Positions 48,500 to 59,395 of a DNA stretch of 64,000 nucleotides are shown here, one piece after another; the stretch's first letter is position 1, and every line of letters starts with the position of its first letter. The DNA is taken from positions 62,932,001 through 62,996,000 of the forward strand of contig NC_086108.1 in assembly GCF_963921235.1 (NCBI RefSeq), given 5' to 3'. The DNA is from Mobula hypostoma (Eukaryota). The notes under the pieces were generated by a model that saw nothing but the letters and a program-made list of their open reading frames with translations, was not told the DNA's origin and ran no database searches. The translations under genes were made by a program, and so were the position numbers.

Positions 48500-49900
48500 G
48501 TTGATGAAGCCAATGAAGTTGATGTAGTATTAATAGGCTTCCAGAAGGTTTTTGATGAAATGCTGTGGGATAAAAGGCAACATGCAAGAGCAGTTCTCTT
48601 ATGGAGTGAGAAGGGAAAATCAACTTGAATAGTTGATTTTCAGACAAAATTATTTAAATTAAGAAATTTTGTGAGTATAGAGTAGAAAGTAAAAAGATTT
48701 CAAGAGGATGAGGACACAGTAAGTTGGCAACAGCAAAGCTGATGGGATATAGAATGGAAAAGTGTGAGGTTACACTAAACCAGGTAAGCATAGGATTTGT
48801 TGAGTGATAAGTGCTTGTACATGAGCCAGAATGCAGGTGCAATGCTTGGTTAAAAGTGCAAATGATATGTTAGCCGTTATCATGGAATGATTCAAGTGCC
48901 AGAGTAAGTAAAGCTGTTTAGCAATTGCTCAGAAAATTGGTGAAACTGCACTTGGAGTATTATGTGTAGTTTTGGTTTATTTACCTTAAAGTCTTATTTG
49001 CCATAGAGGGAGTACAGTGGAGATTTACCCGACCAGTTCCTCGGATCCTGGGTTTGTTGTATGAGCAGTTAAGCAGACTGTGTCAGTATTCTCATTAGTT
49101 CAGAAGAATGGTCGGATATCTCATAGGGCATGTCAAATTGTCAAAGGATTTGACAGGCTAGATAGAGGAAGGATTCCTAATTTCTCTGGCTGTAGGCTAG
49201 GATCAGGGAATGTAGTATAGGAACATCTGGCAGCTCTTGGGCTGTATTCCCTGGAGTTCAGGAGAATGAGGGGGGAATCTCATAGAAACATTCTGAATCT
49301 TAAAAGGCCTGAAAAGATTAGGTATGGCATAGTTATTTCCCATGGTAGGGGATTCTAGGAGAAGACGACACGACTTCAGGATTGAAGGACATCCTTTTAG
49401 AAATGAGATGCGGAGAAATTACTTTAGTCAGTGGGTGGTAAATCTGTGGAATTTGTTGCCACGAGCGGCTGTGGAGGCCAAGTCATTGGGTGTATTTAAG
49501 GCAGAGATAGATAGGTTCTTGATTAGCCAGGGCATCAAAGGGTATGGGGTGAAAGCAGGGGAGTGGGGATGACTGGAATGAATTGGATCAGTCATGAAAG
49601 AATGGCAGAGCAGACTGGATGGCCCGAATGGCCTACTTCTGCTCCTATATCTTTTGGTCTTATGGTCTTATAGTATGAAAATAGACCATTAGGAGATGAA
49701 GAGAATGTTTTTTTTCACTTGAAGGGAATTCTCTACCACAGAGGGTTGTGAGACTCAGTCATTATCTTCATTCATATTGTTAGGTTTTGGGATACTATAG
49801 CAACTAAGCAAGATGGGAGTAAAGCTGGAAAATGACCAACCAAAATTTTAATGAATGTCAAGTTCACAGATACGTGTCGCCTACTATTCTCTTATTTATT
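48500..49900 (+). mobile_element. Very old CR1 remnant
   Basis: Degenerate FQKVFD, LHLEYYV and EGVQWRFT motifs. Confidence 0.6.
49219..49670 (+). mobile_element. Young CR1 3' fragment with a 6-bp TSD
   Basis: Close match to 41880-42319; TSD TAGTAT (49213-18, 49671-76). Confidence 0.85.
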
Positions 49901-50020
49901 ATGGAACTCCCAGGGGCTGAGTACTTCCCTGAATAAACATTAATAACTTGGATTTGGATATATATGGATAATTTCAAAATTTTCAAAGAAACAAAACATG
50001 GAAGTATAATGAGTAATTAG

Positions 50021-51025
50021 GTTCAAAGGCTCAAAGGTTCTTTTATCATCAAAGTATACAACTCTGAAATTCTTCAATGGAACAGGCACATCAACCCTCA
50101 AATCTGTCCGCCCACACAAAAAATGAGCGAAAGGGAACAGGAACGTCGACTCTCAAATCCCTCCTTCCGCACAAAACTACAAACAAAATGGATCAGGCAC
50201 ATCGATCCCCAATCCTTCCTCCCACCCAAATAAACAAACAAAATTAATCAGGAGTATCAACCCCAAATTCCTCCTCCTGCACAAAAATAAAACAAGAAGA
50301 TCAGGCAAAAAAAAATATTAAAACTATAAGACTGAAAAAAAGAGTCTGTAGTCAAAGTACACACCGAAAATGCAGAAAAGAACCTGGGCAACGCTCTCTG
50401 GATGCAGAAGCAGGCTGTCCCTTCTCCAGTCCAGAGCAAATGATCAAAAGACAAGCAGGCGGTGCTCACCCTCTACACTCGATTTGATGCTTCTGTCTCC
50501 CTCGTTGCTTTAATCGGTGAATAATGGAAGCTATAATTAGTGAAATGGAGCCAAACATTGGCTTTTGCCTTGTCCTGCAGCCTGCCCACTGCGAGGCTCG
50601 TGCAGGCTGCCTCTGCTTCCCAGAATCCTCTCGGAGGCTGCAGAGTGCTAGAACACCCAAATGATCTCCAAACTTCCACCCTCGACTTAATGTTTCAACC
50701 AACTTCGTGGCTTTAGTCAGTGAACAATGGAAGCTATAATCGATGAAATGGGGTCAAACATCGGCTCGCACCATCCTACAGCCTTCTCGCCACGAGATTC
50801 GCTCATGCTGCCTATGCCTCCTGGAATCCTCTTTGAGACTACAGAGCACTGAAACACCCAAATGATCTCCAAACAGCAAAATACTGGCTTTAGTAGTTCC
50901 AGAATCACATTCAAGGTGAGAAACAAACATAAAAGACATAAAAGAAGTAAAAAAAAGATGGTTTCATGATCTATGTAGAAGATGTCGACCAAATGAGCAT
51001 TGTACACAAGCACCATCTTGACCAG
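50021..51025 (-). mobile_element. Non-coding, non-autonomous retroposon (about 1 kb) with a 6-bp TSD and internal repeats
   Basis: TSD AATTAG (50015-20, 51026-31); (TTCAAAGG) tail; 5' end ggtcAAGATGGtgc. About 57-bp tandem units at 50077-50305 and an approximately 160-bp duplication at 50513-50673 / 50717-50874. Confidence 0.7.
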
Positions 51026-51379
51026 AATTAGCAGAATATTGATAGGCTTCAAGAGGATGCAGATTTCCTGATGGAATGGGCAAGCCTGTTATAACTGATA
51101 CTTAACATAGTTATTTAGTTATATACAATTGATTACTTTTGGTAAAAAAGGATTGGCAATATAATAAAGAGAAGAGTTCTAAAGTAGAAACAGGATCGGT
51201 GAGATCTGGTGTTACAGGTACATAAATCTTTGGAGGATTCATTAAAATGTGATTAAACAACATAATCAGAAATGTGAACAAAAAATGTGACAAAGTTATG
51301 CAGACCCCCAGGTTCAGCAAATTGAGAAGTGATCCCATTGAAATATGCAAGATTTTGAGAGGTATTCCAAAGATAGGTG

Positions 51380-51760
51380 TGGGAACCCTGGTAACAAGGG
51401 ACATGTAAAGGAACCCTTAGGAGCAGTGATCATAATATGCTTGAATTCATACTACAATTTGAGAGGGAGAAGCACAAGTCACATGTATCAGTATCACAAT
51501 GGAGTAAAGCAATTACAGAGGCATGAGAGAGGAGCTTGCCCAGGTGGATTGGAGAAGGACACTGGCAGGGATGACAGCAGAGCAGAGATTGCTGAAGTTT
51601 CTGGAAATAGTCCACAAGGTGCAGGATAGATATGTCCCACGGAAGAAAAAGTTCTCAAACAGCAGGGGTAGGCAACTGTGGCTGACAAGGAAAGTTAAGA
51701 ACTGCTTGAAGCCAAGGAAAGGGCATATAAGGTAGCAAAAGTGAGTGGGAAGTTATATGA
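51380..51760 (+). mobile_element. CR1 ORF2 fragment
   Basis: MREELAQVDW...RGRQLWLTRKVK, preceded by an SDHN-like motif. Confidence 0.75.
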
Positions 51761-52584
51761 TCTTCCAGTTTTCTACATCAAAAAATTAGGTGAGTTGGTA
51801 AGGTAATATACAGTATTGCACCAGAGGAAAGTTGGCATAGTAATTATGAAGGGAATGAATACTCTTCAGCTTCAGAATTTTGGTTTTTAATTTTTTAGTA
51901 AGTTGTTAACAGGTTTTAGAATTTTTCCTTTGATATGACATGATACACAATATTTTGTAGATTAGCTCAAAAGATCCTACTTCAATATATTTTAAATTCA
52001 GAAAAGACAGTAAAATGTGAAAGTAGTTGCAGGAGCCGAATACATTTTCAAGGCACTGCATATAGTGCCTTCATAAACTCAGAACATTTCTAATCTCTTC
52101 GCAGCCAATGAAGAATACAATATATTGTGCAAAACTATATAATATCTATACAAAAAGTATTGTCATTATTGGAATGTGCCCAACAAACTCCCACAAAAGA
52201 GCACTGTTAATAATGACCAGATAATATGTTTTATTTATTGAAGGATAAATATTGGCCATGATATCTGATTTTAATAATTTAATTACAAAGCTCAGGTACC
52301 AATGTCTTCCAAACTTTCTCAGTTAGGAGAAATTGGCTGAAGTTTTTTGAAATATGTTATTCAAATACTGTCCACAAGTCTCTAAGCTTAATGCATTGAT
52401 AATCATAATATCAGACTTGAACTCTTCATGTCTGTGGGCTATCTGTGACACAGTATTCTTCATATATCCCATGACAAGACTGCCAACACAAACACCCTTT
52501 ACGTTTGCTATATACAAAAGAACATCTAATAGTAATCACAAACCGACAATGTCCTGAAAAGTCCTTTGAGAATCAAGCACAATG

Positions 52585-52935
52585 TGAGCACAGTAGCGTA
52601 GCAAATAGTGCTACTTCCTAGCAGTATATGTGACAAGGGTTCAATCCTCACGTCTACCTTTGCGTGATTTTTGTAACTTTTCATAGTTGTACGTGTGGTT
52701 TCCCTAGGTGCTCCAGTTTTCTCTCTTACCTCAAATTTGTGTTCTTTGGTGTAAATTACATCCTGTAAATTATCCCTTTGTTGACTGGGGAAAGAGGATG
52801 TTGAGAATAGGAGAATCAGAGGGAAGTCAATGAACATCTGAGAGAAAATAGATTACAAAGGAAATTTATCAGGGAATGGGGGTTATTTGGATTGCAGGCA
52901 TAAATATAGAGGGATGAATGGCCTCTTTCTGGGTC
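52585..52935 (+). mobile_element. Degenerate tRNA-derived V-SINE
   Basis: gggttcaatcc B-box-like motif and gtggtttccctaggtgctccagtttt core; LINE-like tail gaatggcctctttctg. Confidence 0.6.
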
Positions 52936-53383
52936 AAAAAAGATAAAATGGGTTTGCTATTCATTTGGAACGGATGGAGAATTTAACCCATTACTTTACG
53001 ACAAAGAGCAAGGATTTTTGACATTGCTATTGAGCATCTCACATTTTTTTTGCATCAGCTTTCACTGTGGGAGATATTTATTTCTCTTTCTCCCTTACAG
53101 TTTTCAGGATCTTTTGGTTTTTCTTATATCATATTTCACAACATGGCTTCTGCAAATTCAAAGTGTTTTTTGCAATGAGAGATTCAATTAAGGAGAGTAA
53201 ACTGTATTACAAAATGAAAGTTTGACAGTCAAAAAATTGAATTATAAGACAACTTGAATGATATGACTAATAAATAAAATACCGCATATTTTCAGGGAAA
53301 ATATTTCCTATCCGTTGTTTATATAGGTATATCCAATGTTACCTACTTGCAGTTGATAAACCAGAATATTACTCATTAAAAAT

Positions 53384-53515
53384 ACAGGAGATCTTGCAGA
53401 TCCAAGAAATCCAGAGCAATACACACAAAATTCTGGAGGAAATCAGCAGGTCAGACAGCAGCTATGAAAGTAAATAAACAGTCGCCCTTTCGGTCCAAGA
53501 ACCTTCATCAAAGCT
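53384..53515 (-). mobile_element. PLE-pLTR-derived short repeat with hammerhead remnant
   Basis: Reverse complement reads TTGATGA-a-ggttc-tt-ggacc-GAAA-gggc-gactg, followed by the pLTR tail. Confidence 0.72.
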
Positions 53516-53914
53516 CGCATTTGTCTTGAAAAATATCCTTTATTGTTTGACTTATATATTTAATATGCGTACTAAGATATTCAGGCAAATTATACTTGGA
53601 GCATTGAGATTATTTTGGGATGTTGACACCATTGCTACTCAAGTTTATTTTGCCCTTTTGTCTACTTATGTTTCTGGTGAAATGCCCTTATTGTACCATT
53701 CTTCTGTGTTGTAACTCTAGATTGCTGTGAAAGATGTTAGTGAAATAAAAGTTGTCCAAAATGCAAGAAAGTAGGGTTGGTGTAGAAATATAATGTTCAG
53801 CGTTGATATGGTGGGGCCAAATGGTCTGGTTCTGTGTTGTATGAGTGTATATATTTCAACAAAATTTTATCAGTTAATTATCTGTTTTTCGGGTAATGTG
53901 TTTTGTATCCATAG

Positions 53915-54018
53915 GTGTGATTGGAGCAGATGTAAGAGATTCCAACTTGCCTTGTGAGAACAAGCCAATAACTTCAAGGCTTGCTCTCATCTGTGGAACA
54001 TCCTCCTGTCACATGGCG
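53915..54018 (+). CDS. FGGY: FGGY next coding exon (104 nt, phase 1-0)
   Basis: Acceptor ttttgtatccatAG; donor GCG|GTAAGG. Encodes (G)[34 protein letters not shown], in frame with the 35125-35253 exon; GTSSC is a FGGY family motif. Confidence 0.95.
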
Positions 54019-54055
54019 GTAAGGAATTTTATACTGATGAAAAACTAAATCTAAT

Positions 54056-57000
54056 ATCAGAATCAGAATCTGAATCATGAAATTTGTTAACTTAGCAGCA
54101 GCAATTCAATGCACTAAGTAATTAAAACATAGAAACATAGAAAACCTACAGCACAATACAGGCCCTTCAGCCCACAAAGTTGTGCCGAACACATCCCTAC
54201 CTTAGAAATTACTAGGGTTACCCACAGCTCTCTATTTTTCTCAGCACAATGTACCTATCCAAAAGTCTCTTAAAAGACCCTATTGTATCTGCCTCCACCG
54301 CCATTGCCAGCAGCTCATACCACGCACTCAGCACTCTCTGCGTAAAAAACTTACCCCTGACATCTCCTCTCTACCTAGTCCCCAGCACCTAAAAACTATG
54401 CCTTCTTGTGGCAGTCATTTAAGCCCTGGGAAAAAAGCCTCTGACTATCCACATGATCAATGTCTCTCATCATCTTATGCACCTCTATCAGGTCACCTCT
54501 CATCCGCCGTCGCTCCAAGGAGAAAAGGCCGAGTTCACTCAACCTGTTTTCATAAGGCATGCTCCCCAATCCAGGCAACATCCTTGTAAATCTCCTCTGC
54601 ACCCTTTCTATAGTTTCCACATCCTTCCTGTAGTGAGGCAACCAGAAGTGAGCATAGTACTCCAAGTGGGGTCTGACCAGGGTCCTATATAGCTGCAACA
54701 TTGCCTCTCAGCTCCTAAATTTATTTCCATGATTGATGAAGGCCAATACACCGTACGCCTTCTTAACCACAGAGTCAACCTGCGCAGCTGCTTTAAGCGT
54801 CCTATGGACTCGGACCCCAAGATCCCTCTGATCCTCCACACTGCCAAAAATCTTACCATTAATGCTATATTCTTCCATCATATTTGACCTGCCAAAATGA
54901 ACCACTTCACACTTATCTGGGTTGAACTCCATCTGCCACTTCTCAGCCCAGTTTTGCATCCTATTAATGTCCCACTGTAACCTCTGACAGCCCTCCACAC
55001 TATCCACAACACCTCTAACCTTTATGTCATCAGCAAACTTACTAACCCGTCCTTCCAGTTCCTCATCCAGGTCATTTATAAAAATCACGAAGAGTAAGGG
55101 TCGGGTCCCAGAGCAGATCCCTGAGTCACTCCACTGGTGACCGACCTCCATGCAGAATATGACCCGTCTACAACCACTCTTTGCCTTCTGTGGGCAAACC
55201 AGTTCTGGATCCACAAAGCAATGTCCCCTTGGATCCCACGCCTGCTTACTTTCTCAATAAGCCTTGCATGGGGTGCTTTATCAAATGCCTTGCTGAAATC
55301 CATGTACACTACATCTACTACTCTTCCTTCATCAATGTGTTTAGTCACACACTCAAAAAATTCAATCAGGCTCGTAAGGCACGACCTGCTGACTATTCCT
55401 AATCATATTATATCTCTCCAAATGTTCATAACTCCTGCCTTTCAGAATCTTTTCCATCAACTTACCAACCACTGAAGTAAGACTCACTGGTCTATAATTT
55501 CCTGAGCTATCTCTACTCCCTTGCTTTAATAAGGGAACAGCATCCGCAACCCTCCAATCCTCTGGAACCTCTCCTGTCCCCAGTGATGATGCAAAGATCA
55601 TCGCCAGAGGCTCCCTCGCCTCCCACAGTAGCCTGGGGTACATCTCGTTCAGTCCTGATGACTTACCCAACTTGATGCTTTCCAAAAGCTCCAGCACATC
55701 CTTTTCCTTAATATCTACATGCTCAAGCTTTTCAGTCCGCTGCAATTCATCACTGCAATCACCAAGACCCTTTTCCATAGTGAATACTGAAATAAGGTAT
55801 TCATTAAGTACCTCTGCTATTTCCTCCGGTTCCATACACACTTTCCCACTGTCACACTTGATAAGTCCTATTGTTTCACATCTTATCCTCTTGCTCTTCA
55901 CATACTTGTAGAATGCCTTGGGGTTTTCCTTAATCCTGCCCGCCAAGGCCTTCTCATGGCCCCTTCTGGCTCTCCTAATTTCCTTCTTAAGCTCCTTCCT
56001 GTTAGCCTTATAATCTTCTAGATCTCTAACATTACCTAGCTCTCTGAACCTTTCATAAGCTTTTCTTTTCTTCTTCACTAGATTTACTACAGCCTTTGTA
56101 CACCACAGTTCCTGTACCCTACCATCACTTCCCTGTCTCATTGGAACGTACCTATGCAGAACTCCACACAACTATCCCCTGAACATTTCCCACATTTCTT
56201 CTGTACCTTTCCCTGAGAATATCTTTTCCCAATTTAAGCTTCCAAGGTCCTGCCTGATAGCCTCATAATTCCAATTAAATGCTTTTCTAACTTGTCTGTT
56301 CCTATCTCTCTCCAATGCTATTGTATATGAGATAGGATTATGATCACTATCAACAAAATGCTCTCCCACTGAGAGATCTGACACCTGACTAGGTTCATTT
56401 CCCAGTACCAAATCAAGTGCAGTTTCTCCTCTTATCTACATATTGTGTCAAGAAACCTTCCGAAACACACCTAACAAGCTCCACCTCATCTAAACCCCTT
56501 GCTCCAGGGAGATGCGAATCGATATTTGGGAAATAAAAATCTCCCACCATGACAACTCTGTTATTATTACACCTTTCCAGGAACTGTTTCCCTATCTGCT
56601 CTTCGATATCCCTGTTACTATTGGGTGGCCTATAAAAAACATCCAGTCGAGTTATTGATCCCTTCTTGTTCCTAACCTCCATCCACAGAGACTCCGTAGA
56701 CAATCCCTCCATGACGTCCACCTTTTCTGTAGCCATGACACTATCTCTGATCAACAGTGCCATGCCCCCACGTTGTTTGCGTCCCTCCCTGTCCTTTCTG
56801 AAACATCTAAAACCCAGCACTTGAAGTAACCATTCCAGTCCCTGGGCCATCCAAGTCTCTGTAATGGCCATCACATCATAGCTCCAAGTACTGACTCGTG
56901 CTCTAAGCTCATCCGCTTTGTTCACAATACTCCTTGAGTTAAAATAGACACATCTGAAACCGTCGGTCTGAGTGTGTCCCTTCTCTATCACCTGCCTATC

Positions 57001-58795
57001 CTCCCTCACACACTGTCTCCAAGCTTTCTCTTTTTGTGAGCTATCGACCTCTTCCCCAGTCTCTTCAATTCAGTTCCCACCCTCCAACAATTCTAGTTTA
57101 AACTTTCCCCAGTAGCCTTAGCAAACCTCCCTGCCACGACATTGGTCCCCCTGGGCTTCAGGTGCAACCTGTTCTTTTTGTACAAGTCACACCTGCCCTA
57201 AAAGAGGTCCCAATGATCCAGAAATATGAATCTCTGCCCTTGCTCCAATCCCACTGCCATGCATTTATCCTCCACCTCATTCTATTCCTATACTCACTGT
57301 CACGTGGCACAGGCAGTAATCCTGAGATTACTACCTTTACGGTCCTGCTTCTCAACTTCCTTCCTAACTCCCTGTAGTCTGTTTTCAGGATTTCTTCCCT
57401 TTTCCTACCTATGTCATTGGTACCAATATGTACCAAGTCCTCTGGCTGTTCTCCCTCCCACTGCAGAATATCATGGACGTGATCTGAAACATCCGGGACC
57501 CTGGCACCTGAGAGGCAAACTACCATCCGAGTTTTTTTACTGCGTCCACAGAATCGCCTGTCTGACCCCCTAACTATAGTGTCCCCTATTACTACTGCCT
57601 TTCTCTTCCTTTCCCTACCCTTCTGAGCCACAGGGCCATACTCTGTGCCAGAGGCATGGCCATTGTTGCTTCCCCCAACAGTACTCAAACAGGAGTACTT
57701 ATTGTTCAGGGGGCAGCCACAGGGGTACTCTCTAGTACCTGACTCTTCCCTTCCCTCTCCTGACTGTTACCCACTGGTCTGTCACCCACTGGTCTGTCTC
57801 CCACTGGTCTGTCTCCCATGGTCCCAGTGTGACCACCTGCCTATAACTCCTTTCTATCACCTCCTCACTCCCCCTGACCAGATGAAGGTCATCGAGCAGC
57901 AACTCCAGTTCCTTAACGCGGTCCCTTAGGAGCTGCAGCTCAACACACTGGGTGCAGGTATGGCTATCCGGGAGGCTGGGAGACTCCAGGGCTTCCCACA
58001 TCTGACATTGAGTGCAGAACACTGTAATACAGAGGGAAAATAAATAAATAAATTAGAGTATACTTGTCTTGAATAGATTAAAAATTGTGCAAAACCCGAA
58101 ATAATATATATTTTAAAAGTGAGGCAGTGTTCAACTGTTCAATGTCCATTTAGCAATCAGATGGCGGAGGGGAAGAAATTGTTCCTGAATCGCTGAGTGT
58201 GTGCCTTCAGGCTTCTGTACCTCCCACCTGATGGTAACAGTGAGAAAAGGACATGCCCTGGGTGCTAGAGGTCCTTAATATTGAACGCTGCCTTTCTGAG
58301 GCACCACTCCTTGAAGATGTCCTGTGTACTTCGTAGGCTAGTACTCAAGATAGAGCCGACTAAATTTACAACCCTCTGTACCTTCTTTCAGTCCTGTGCA
58401 GTAGACCCCCCACCCCCCATACCAGACAGTGATGCAGCCTGTCAGAATGCTGTCCATGGTACGTGTATAGAAGTTTTTGAATGTATTTGTTGACATACCA
58501 AATCTCTTCAAACTCCTAATGAAGTATAGCCGCTGTCTTGCCTTCTTTATAACTGCATTGATATGTTGGGACCAGGTGAGATCCTCAGAGATCTTGACAC
58601 ACAGGAACTTGAAACTGCTCACTGTCTCCACTTCTGATCCCTCTATGAGGATTGGTGTGTGTTCCTTTGTCTTACCCTTTCCTGAAGAGTGAGTAGTTTC
58701 AAGTTCCTGAAGTCCACAGTCAGCTCTTTCGTCTTACTGACGTTGAGTGCCAGGTTGTTGCTGTGGCACCACTCCACTAGTTGGCATATCTCGCG
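54056..58795 (-). mobile_element. Rex/Babar LINE 3' part (54056-54125 plus 58025-58795), split by CR1
   Basis: atcagaatcagaatc tail. ETVSSFKFL..ISEDLTWSQH..KKARQRLYF and LALNVSKTKEL motifs. Confidence 0.82.
54126..58024 (-). mobile_element. Near full-length CR1 LINE (ORF1 plus ORF2), decayed; same family as 37047-43771
   Basis: ORF1 CTQCQMWE..HTCTQCVELQLL, VIGDTIVRG and VHIGTND. ORF2 YFNSRS, ITETW, VYMDFSKAFD and SKFADD. (AAACATAG)n tail at 54126. A 16-bp unit is triplicated at about 57770-57818. Confidence 0.93.
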
Positions 58796-59395
58796 AGTTA
58801 ATGATTGACCATCTGTGTTTACCAAAATAGAATGAAGGTATTTATGCAATAGTTTATCATTCAAATATTTAATCAGCTAACCACAAGCAATTTTTCTGCA
58901 AGTAAATTAATGTATTGTAAATTCAAAATTTGACTATGTACTATACACTTAGCTAATATATAAATTTAATTTTATAATACAGTATACAAAAGTTTGAAAA
59001 TGTATAGGTGGCAAAAAGCAGCTACAACTGATGCTTACCTTTCTTAACAGTTTGCCAAGACTACTTTAATTGTATTGTTTTCATTTAATGATTAGTGAGT
59101 ACTATTTTGGGAATTGTGAGGTGGTTTGTTAATTGATAAGTACTGGTGATTCATGAAGCTACTCTCAATTAAGTCTTCTAGAATTTAATTTAGAAAGTTA
59201 GGAGCAGATAAACTGAGCTTCCAAGTGAAAATGTATGTTTTTGTGGGTATGTGCTCTGTCAGCTCTGTACACTCTTTCCCTGTTTACCAACTGGGTGTAA
59301 CCTGCTGCGCCAAATATACAACAGCTACTGCTGAAAAGAGTGAAAATTAGAAGTGAAGCAAATATAATCAACCCTCACTGTTCCAAACTCTAGAG

